A stretch of 63,685 nt of DNA, counting the filler, from Octopus bimaculoides (Eukaryota), in the NCBI RefSeq assembly GCF_001194135.2. It is 6 parts of 6 records of this genome, joined end to end, with 100 filler letters (N's around TTAATTAATTAA, not from the genome) between each part and the next. Parts side by side here need not be neighbours in the genome. Positions count along the whole stretch, not along the records: positions 52,971 to 59,778 come from NC_068989.1; positions 59,879 to 61,848 come from NW_026343290.1; positions 61,949 to 63,685 come from NW_026419353.1; 3 more parts are not named here. One strand, 5' to 3'. The notes under the pieces were generated by a model. The model had not been told where the DNA came from, searched no databases, and was given only the letters and a program-made list of their open reading frames with translations. A program made the position numbers and the translations under genes. This document shows positions 54,140 through 63,685 of this stretch, piece by piece (the first letter of the stretch is position 1; each line of letters begins with the position of its first letter).

Positions 54140-54721
54140 GTAAGTTACTCTTTTACTCACATATATATACACACACACATACATACATACATACATACAT
54201 ACATACATACATACATACATACATACATACATACATACAATCCTTTTATATATTAAGACGATATTATATATTAATTTTCAAGGTGACTTTGGCATTCATT
54301 TCCCCCACTGAATTCCTACCTTATTCCGTATCGTATTTAACAGGGTTTCCAATTATTTGTCATCTGCGGTATACAGTTTGACGTCATCCATATTCAGCCG
54401 ATGGTTCATTGATATCTGATATCACGTGTTTTCCGCGTCTATATTGGCTTAGTATGCCAGTTAGAACATAGAGTAAGACAGAAGAGGAGAAAGGAGAGAA
54501 CGAATTCTCTTTGAGTATTTCTGTTCTGAAAAGGATTATTTGCTTTTTCGTAATTTACTCTTTTGCTTGAATCCGTACAACTGTTTCCCATTTAACCGTG
54601 ACATTTTTTATGCACCTGCTAGTCATTAGTGTTAACTTACACTGTTAAAAGCCCTCAAATAATCAGTATATGTTATACACGAGTTCTTTAGTCTATGCTT
54701 AATGCATTCAGTTATGATTTT

Positions 54722-55150
54722 AGTACGTCTACATTACCCCGAAAAGAGCATGGGGCCGCGACAATTTCATGCCAGTGGACACGATCTTAGGCTACTTCCA
54801 TGATTTCTGACCAAGAAAGACCGATGGCTTTCACTTCATCCGCCATGCACCCTTTCCAAGTCTTCTTAGGCCGTCCAATGTTCGCTCTTCTTCTGATTGC
54901 CAGTTTAACACACATCTTGCAATGCTGTTTGGAGGTTTCCTTAAAATGTTACCGATCCAACTCCATTTCCTTTCCAGAATTTCTTGATTAATAGGAGTTT
55001 GGATCGTTCCTCCTTAATTCCATTTAGTTCCTGGCAATATCCTTTCTGCTCTTCTGAAATTGCGTTGTATCTTTGTTCGCGCGTTTGTTATTCTTAAAAG
55101 TATATTAACAATTGCCCTTTATCTAATGCAACCGTATGAAGGATGGAAGT
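54722..55150 (-). mobile_element. RTE LINE 3' fragment
   Basis: ILERKWSWIGNILRKPPNSIARCVLNWQ...IGRPKKTWK...IGLSWSEIMEVAQDRVHW (frameshifted). Confidence 0.8.
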
Positions 55151-56219
55151 ACCGAGTGTTGTCGGCTAGGGAGCCGGATGAGCATATTTCCGCTAGGCAC
55201 GATAGTTATTGCTAATAATAAAATATTGAAATCATGCCAAAATATCAATCCCTTAGCACAAACTTACGAAAAATCGCTTGCGGTACATCGGCAGTTATGT
55301 GTAGAAGTCACATCATCTCATTATACCACCTTCATCAGTACACATAACCCACACCTGATATGTCTTGCATTATTTAATGACTATGTTACCTTTAAGAAGC
55401 TATTTTTAATTTTCTAAATCGAGATTCAATGAAGTAGATGGAAGGAGTGTTAAGCTTTCATCTGCCTGTCAGTTCTTTGCAATTAGTGGATGACAACAAA
55501 GTCATAGCAGTGGCGTGCCACCTTAGTGACCAACAGCAGTTACATGAAACAACACAGCCAAAAATACGAATTTTACAATATGCATGGCAGTTCCTTGACC
55601 AAAATATAATCCATTATGAAGTTGGACTGAAAAATGATAAAGTTGATATACAGTACTCCCGTTATGTAGACTACTTACGATAAATTTATGGTTTCATACT
55701 TTATTCCAGTAGATTGTCATAGCATTGCATTCACATGCATAGAATCATAAATGTATGGTGAAACATACTTGCCTTTTTTTTTTCTACGAAATATATTTGT
55801 GAAATAAGGTATGTTTTATGCGAGAGTACGACTTATACGTCGGCAAATACTGTATTAGTGCTTTATAGGCAGATTTAAAGCATATAGCTTCGGAAATTAG
55901 AAATCTTTTGTTGAGCCATTCAAGTGTTTCTGATCATTTCATTTCAGTGAATCGCTGAGTATCTTTGCAAGCATTTTGTGGATATATGTGAGATGCTTGC
56001 AAAGTATCAAGGAGTTTTACCGTTTTTTGTATTATCTATTTTGTATTATCCTTTCTTCAGACTAAGCAATAGAATACTCGTGGATTGAGCGAGCAGAGTT
56101 AAGAATTCACATTGTACCGCGGACACATTACAATACTAATGGTATAATTCACAACACCAGCGAAAATCTATTCCGCAGCTTATTTGACACCTTATCTGTA
56201 ACTTTCCAAAAATGCTAGT

Positions 56220-56535
56220 ACACTTTGTTGTTGCTTGTTCCTTCTCGAGCCCTGTTCGGCTCATAAGGGCCAGTTTCCCGCTTTCATTGGCGTATAGGCT
56301 CCCCATCTGGACGGGACGCCGGTCCGTCACAAGTGAGCTGCTTAGATGCAGGAGGAAAGAGCGAGAGAAATTTGTGGCAAAAGAGTCAGCAGAAGTTTGC
56401 CACTACCTTCTGCCGGAGCCTCGTGGAACTTAGGTGTTTCACTCATAAAAGCACACATCACCCGGTCTGAGATTCGAACCCCCGATCCCTCGACCGCCAA
56501 TCCGCTACTCTAACCACTAGGCCATGTGCCTCCAC
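56220..56535 (-). mobile_element. tRNA-derived SINE related to the family C head
   Basis: Minus-strand head gtggaggcacatggcctagtggttagag and ggttcgaatc B-box. Confidence 0.75.
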
Positions 56536-56834
56536 AAGTACACTTTAGTACAAGGCTAAAGCTTGTCAGTATCTCTTGCACTGGAACACAGTTGGGATAT
56601 TTTGCAGATATCAAAGCGAAGACAAGTTGATAAGTCGTTCTCCCCTTCCCTGATAGTCACCAATAGAGATTTTTGGAACTACAATTGGCAGAGAAATTTG
56701 CAGAGAAATTCTATCCGTTTTAGTGGTTAAAATCTGCATATTTGTGGAGATAACAAAAGGAGTTGTAAGCAGTTGATTTCTTCAAGAATGTAAACTGCAT
56801 TGCAGAACAGATTAGCGAACTCGTTCTTCGTATA

Positions 56835-57133
<299 letters not shown>

Positions 57134-57419
57134 GCTGTAGTTTAGTCGTTTGGATCAGTTATGTGTCAGCAGAAACCTATGATCAGAAGTATTTGAAAAT
57201 GTATCTAGGATTACCTCACCCAAAGCGTCTTTCTTCCTTCCTTCCTTTATTTCTTTCTTTCTTTCTTTCATTCATTTTTTTTGTTTTTGTTTTCTTTCTT
57301 CTGTTGATTTCAGACAGTAGAAAATAATTTCAATGAGATTTGATTTATATTTCTAGCAAATCAAGTGACCACATAGAGGTTTCTTTCCCTGTTGTTCTTG
57401 TTGTCAATATGTAATCATA

Positions 57420-57842
57420 TGCTGGCAGAGACGTTAGTACGCCGGGCGAAATGCTTAGCGGTATTTCGTCTGCCGTTACGTCTTGAGTTCAAATTCCGCC
57501 GAAGTCGACTTTGCCCTGCATCCTTTCGGGGTCGATAAATAAAGTACCAGTTACGCACTGGGGTCGATGTAATCGACTTAATCCCTTTGTCTGTCCTTGT
57601 TTGTCCCCTCTGTGTGTAGCCCCTTGTGGACAGTAAAGAAATAAGAAACGTTAGCACGCCGGGAGAAATGCTTAGCGGTATTTCGTCTGCCGTTACGTTC
57701 TGAGTTCAAATTCCGCCGAGGTCGACTTTGCCTTTCATCCTTTCGGAGCCGATAAATTAAGTATCAGTTGGGCACTGGGGTCAATCTAATCGACTGGCCC
57801 TCACCTTCCCCCAAAATTTCGGCCCTTGTGCCTAGAGTAGAA
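57420..57842 (+). mobile_element. Head-to-tail dimer of family B SINEs
   Basis: acgttag.acgccggg.gaaatgcttagcggtatttcgtctgccgttacg occurs at ~57430 and ~57648. Confidence 0.85.
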
Positions 57843-59167
57843 AAGAACATGCAAACCATAACAGTAATTACAGCTGTTGTTGTTGTTGCTGGTGTTGATT
57901 AGTGGTGGTGCTGGTGGTGGTGGCGGCGGTGGTGGTGGTGGTATTTGCGACGGTGCAGTTGTTACCGAGATAACGTTGCTATTAATAAGTCGGTCAATAG
58001 GTACGGCTTTATCGGTCAGATTCCTCTGGAGACGCCTCTCTTTTTATGTTGTTGCTGTCGCTGTTGTTGTTGGTGTTGTTGTTGGTGTTGTTGTTGGTGT
58101 TGTTGTTGTTGCAGTTGTTGTTGTTGTTGCAATTCTTGTTGTTCAGTTCTAAGGCAATGCCATGATCGACCAGACCCACTATCAAAAGATTTCCACACGT
58201 GACCAGCACATTGTCATATGCATTGTCATATGCATGTGTTTGTGTGTGTGTGTGTTGGTGTGCGTGTGTTTACATACATACTTGGATACGCACGCACACA
58301 CACACACGCACACACACACACACGCACATGTACACACGTGCACATACATACACATGGTGTNNNNNNNNNNNNNNNNNNNNNNNNNNNNNNNNNNNNNNNN
58401 NNNNNNNNNNNNNNNNNNNNNNNNNNNNNNNNNNNNNNNNNNNNNNNNNNNNNNNNNNNNNNNNNNNNNNNNNNNNNNNNNNNNNNNNNNNNNNNNNNNN
58501 NNNNNNNNNNNNNNNNNNNNNNNNNNNNNNNNNNNNNNNNNNNNNNNNNNNNNNNNNNNNNNNNNNNNNNNNNNNNNNNNNNNNNNNNNNNNNNNNNNNN
58601 NNNNNNNNNNNNNNNNNNNNNNNNNNNNNNNNNNNNNNNNNNNNNNNNNNNNNNNNNNNNNNNNNNNNNNNNNNNNNNNNNNNNNNNNNNNNNNNNNNNN
58701 NNNNNNNNNNNNNNNNNNNNNNNNNNNNNNNNNNNNNNNNNNNNNNNNNNNNNNNNNNNNNNNNNNNNNNNNNNNNNNNNNNNNNNNNNNNNNNNNNNNN
58801 NNNNNNNNNNNNNNNNNNNNNNNNNNNNNNNNNNNNNNNNNNNNNNNNNNNNNNNNNNNNNNNNNNNNNNNNNNNNNNNNNNNNNNNNNNNNNNNNNNNN
58901 NNNNNNNNNNNNNNNNNNNNNNNNNNNNNNNNNNNNNNNNNNNNNNNNNNNNNNNNNNNNNNNNNNNNNNNNNNNNNNNNNNNNNNNNNNNNNNNNNNNN
59001 NNNNNNNNNNNNNNNNNNNNNNNNNNNNNNNNNNNNNNNNNNNNNNNNNNNNNNNNNNNNNNNNNNNNNNNNNNNNNNNNNNNNNNNNNNNNNNNNNNNN
59101 NNNNNNNNNNNNNNNNNNNNNNNNNNNNNNNNNNNNNNNNNNNNNNNNNTATGTATATATGTATGTA

Positions 59168-59203
<36 letters not shown>

Positions 59204-61284
59204 TGTATGTTTATATATGTGTAGTGGTAGCTAGACGGTTGAATGATCTCCCTTGCAAGAAAGATTATAGAGTAACTTCCCTTTACTAAGTTTCTCGAAG
59301 CATCTATGTCATGAGACGTGATTCTTAATTATTCAAGAAGCTTAGCGTCTCTCTTGGAAGTTTCTAGAATATCTAGCGTTCCATTAATAAAAACAACTTG
59401 ATAACCTTGCTATTCGCTTCTTAGTCGATTAGACTTACAGCCATTTCACGCGATTGCTATATCCGTCTATTTCTCTACGCCACATAACTGAAAGCCACCA
59501 CTTAGCTGTCATTTCTATATTTCCTATCCCTGAACTTTCTTGTATAGATTACTTCATTCAGCAAGATTCTACATTTTGATTATGTATCATCATCGACCAG
59601 TAAATAAATTCTATTTTTATGTAGTAAATATATAGATCTTGAATTTATTCTTTCATCTCTATATGAACTCTTGTAATAATATACACGCAGCCACATCAAC
59701 AAAGTATACTGACTATATATAATTACTACAAATGTATGTATACATAGCTACATAACATATGTGTATATATATATATATNNNNNNNNNNNNNNNNNNNNNN
59801 NNNNNNNNNNNNNNNNNNNNNNTTAATTAATTAANNNNNNNNNNNNNNNNNNNNNNNNNNNNNNNNNNNNNNNNNNNNAATATATATATATATGTATGTA
59901 TATGTATATATGACTATACATATGTACGTATGTATGCTTGTTCGCATGTTTGTATTCATATATATATGTATACATTTATATATACACAAACATACACACA
60001 CATACATATATATATATATTTATGTATGTATATATGTATGTAGATCGTATGTATACAGAATGAAAAATTAATTATTAGGGTCCATGTGCTTTTAATCATA
60101 TGAAAAATAATGATGCATATGTATTTTAATTAGGCAAGTATTTTGACGCATAACAGCAAACTTTTTTGCGCTCCGTGATATTTTACCAATCTATATTTAC
60201 ACAGATAATGTTAGATAATTAATCACGATATGAAATAATTTATATTATATACAATTAGAGCTACCTAATGTTTTGAAAGTTTAGACATCTATAAAAAATG
60301 TTTATGTATATTAATTTGGAAAGCATTTGTAACTCTGGTGGATGGTTATGCTTAGGATAATGTAATAATAATTATTATGGTGTTTTTCTTGGAATGAAAT
60401 ACTTTATTTGTTTATGCGAGAGTTCACATGTTAAGACTCAAGTGCTTCAGAATTTGAGAACTTCCAAACTGAATGTGTAGAATAAGAATTTAGGAACATA
60501 ATGAAATACTAAATCAAACATGTTTGGACGCACAATATAACGTAGGGAAATTGTATTAAATTAATTGAATCTTTTCTGACTTGGAAAAAGAAAATTGAAA
60601 TAGAAGCAATGATAATTTCAATAACTCGAGAAATAATTAGAAAAATCATTGTTATACTTTACGAAAAGGAACGTTAAACGTTTTTAACTGGAAAGTACCA
60701 CGAAAGTTGACGATTTGATCATACTCGCAACCGTACATGGAAAATATGAAATCGTTTAACCAACAAACAGGATTTTAAATATTGAAATCACGGGCAGTAA
60801 TAATTTGCATAAAAAAACATGGCCAAAGAAAATAACTCAAATAATGGCAACAACTCTGATAAGCTAATCGTTTGGATACATTGCAAGTGTTACCTGCCAA
60901 CTGCCCTTGTGGCAAATTGAATGAAATTAAGTGTTACCTGCCAAAAAAATTCCTTATGGTTTCATATGATTGTATATGTAAAACTTCTACTTCTTACTAA
61001 AGTGACTCCCTCTTTCAAATATTTCGTTGGTGTCTATTTAGGTAGAAGCATGTCCATTTCTGTAACAGCTCCACTAACAATTTTATTGAAATTTCCAGAA
61101 AAAAGATGTTTTACTATGGATGCTTTATTCATACTTGCTAAAAAATTTTTTTTTCTTATTTTGTCAAACGTCCCAAGGTGCTTACGAAAAATGTTTCAGG
61201 CGAGCTTTCCTCGCGCAAAAAACATCATTAACAAAGCTAGGACTATATAATAAACACTGGTATTTGGCTTCAGAGGCAGAAAAT

Positions 61285-61500
61285 ATTTATTTCTTTATTG
61301 CCCATAGGGTGCTAAACATAGAGGGGACAAACAGGGACAAACAAATGGATTAAGTCGATTACATCGATCCCAGGGCGTATCTGGTACTTATTTAATCAAC
61401 CCCAAAATGATGAAAGACAAAGTGGACCTCGGCAGAATTTGAACTCAGAACTTAACGGCAGACGAAATAGCAATTTCTTTATTGCCCACAGGGGGCCAAA
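61285..61500 (-). mobile_element. Family B SINE with a tandemly repeated 3' extension
   Basis: tttctttattgccca.aggg occurs at ~61290 and ~61474. Confidence 0.75.
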
Positions 61501-62257
61501 TATAGAATGGTACAAAACAACTGATTGGGATCAGTAATGCGAATGGTTTACATAAAACATGACTTTAAAAATTATATAAAATAGAAAAATCGAATGATAT
61601 TAACAGAACGTTATACAACACAAATGAAGCGATGATCAGGCCACGCTCCGACCCCACAAGCCCCGATCTCTCGCTGGCACCTTTTTTTTTTCCTTTTTTT
61701 TTCTGACTATTCACACGGTTCCTTGCACGCACAACACTCGTGCAACATTCTTTCATCTCTTTTGGAACGTACACTCCGACAGACATCTCCTCTCCAGCCA
61801 CACTTTCCTTTTCAAGTGAAAAGTAAAATATGAACGTAAATTGTGGCCNNNNNNNNNNNNNNNNNNNNNNNNNNNNNNNNNNNNNNNNNNNNTTAATTAA
61901 TTAANNNNNNNNNNNNNNNNNNNNNNNNNNNNNNNNNNNNNNNNNNNNTATATACATATATATATAAACTTAGATAAACTTAGATATGTTTCGACTAAAG
62001 ATTGGTCCAGGCCACGTCTAACTTAATAGCACCACCTAATAGGATTATCTAAATCCTTATTACAGTCAAATTTTGTGAATGGTCCATTCAAGTATATATG
62101 TATATATATATATGTATATAGGAAAGTCAGTCGCCACACCAAAGTGGCTGTTGAATGTTACTACTAGTTTAACCTCAGGCAGATTCTCCACCAACTGGTT
62201 ATCGGTGCGACTCTGCGCCCATTATATACATTACAATGCCTCCAGCAGGTATCGGGG

Positions 62258-62306
62258 TCACGAGACTGACTCAATTTCGCGCCCTTTGGCTCATCTTCAG
62301 TCACGA
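62258..62306 (-). ncRNA. Candidate type I hammerhead ribozyme
   Basis: TCGTGA-CTGAAGA-T-GAGCC aaa GGGCGC-GAAA-TTG agt CAG-TC-TCGTGA: GUC triplet, 6-bp helix I with 2 GU pairs, one mismatch in helix II. Confidence 0.55.
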
Positions 62307-62504
62307 GCACCTGTTCGATAGATCGATAGCCAGAGTCCGTGAAGGCTAACAAAGTGACCATCGGTCACTGATTTACAACAAGCAAATTAACTAGGTGTAA
62401 ATTCTCAGGAAGAGATCAGAACAGTAACTATACTAAACAGTAATACCAGTTGCCCCATCAAAGTGTATGTATACATATATTTATATGTATATTTATGAAT
62501 ATCT

Positions 62505-62705
62505 ATGTGCGTGTCTTTGTGCCTGTGTTTGTACCACCATCACCGTTTGACAGCCAGAGTTGGTGAGTTTACGTCCCCGTAACTTAACGGTTCGGTGAAA
62601 GAGGTCGATAGAAATAAGCTCAGGGTCGATTTGTTCAACCCCCAAAAATCTTCAAGTCGTGCTCCCGCATGACCGCAGTCAAATGCCTGAAACAAGTAAA
62701 AGAAC
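62505..62705 (+). mobile_element. Family A SINE, 3' half
   Basis: ttacgtccccgtaacttaacggttcgg...gaccgcagtcaaatgcctgaaacaagtaaaaga. Confidence 0.8.
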
Positions 62706-62753
62706 AAAACATGTGCCCGCCACATATATATACCTATTTAGAGAGAGGGAGAG

Positions 62754-62821
<68 letters not shown>

Positions 62822-63685
62822 GGAGAGGATTTTCAGACCATAAATTTGCATTGAGGAAGTCGATTTGTGTTCAGCCAACAACATATTTTGCTTGGTAAAG
62901 ATGTAACTAAAATCTGTAAAACAGTAGACTTAAATTACTTTGTAGCCGTATTGTAGCCTCTAATATTCATCTTTTTGCTCTTAATAAATGAAACTCGGAG
63001 TAGATGCAATGAGTTTCTCTAAAACAAAATATTTGAAGGGAACATGTGCACTACAATATTCCTGTTCATTGCCGGTATTATTTTGAGTTTTCTACTCACT
63101 AGACATTATAGCTGATTCGAATTTATAAAAGAAATAAATACCGTCGGTCAGATACGGTTTAAGGATATCGAAACGTGAAAATACAAGGCCGATATAGTAA
63201 GAAATGGAAGTACAAAGTATATAACATTGTTTACGTAGATTGCAATACAACCAGCCGTCAGACGGGAGCGAGTAACCTCCACCCTTGAACTGTTGCAACA
63301 TCCAGGAGAGAATAGCTGCAGAGGGAAAGAGAGAGAGAGAGAGACAGACAGACAGAGAGAAAGACGGGGAGAGTGAGAGAGAGGGAGGGGGGGGAGAAAG
63401 AGGGCTGCATCAGGACTGTGAGTGGTATCTATGAGGTGAATAGATCGTTCCGACAAGAAATCAAGTGTTTTAGCCAAGTTGACTTCGTACGACCCGGGTC
63501 AGGAATTGAACGTTGAACCTAACAACTATACCATGTATCTTTTACACAATGCAAGTATACACACATACATACTCACGCATACACCCCCACACATATATAT
63601 CTACATACATACACATACTCATATACATACACACAAACGTTCATACATTCATACATTATATATATATATATATATATATATATTT

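Overview
Repeat-dense, gap-rich (N) animal genomic DNA, most likely octopus. That assignment is inferred from the tRNA-derived SINE families and the very high microsatellite load. Only one protein-coding exon is well supported: the C-terminal half of a PDZ domain at 53988-54139 (+), PDLIM/Zasp-like. The exon for the N-terminal half is not visible in the sequenced bases. The rest is intronic or intergenic. It contains SINEs of several families, LINE remnants (R4/Dong-like and RTE), a hAT deletion derivative with an 8-bp TSD, a near full-length degenerate Tc1/mariner, piggyBac- and mariner-type MITEs, three Penelope-like (PLE) ORF remnants and several foldback palindromes. The most interesting signals are: five type I hammerhead-ribozyme-like motifs, one apparently fully intact at 7815-7862; a ~700-bp near-perfect hairpin; a 14-bp minisatellite derived from LINE RT codons at an inversion junction; and a CpG-depleted ~20-kb domain suggesting a hidden, body-methylated gene. 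No CRISPR array, rRNA or true tRNA gene was found. Almost all listed ORFs are microsatellite or N-gap artefacts. All structures and alignments were read by eye, and repeat boundaries are approximate.
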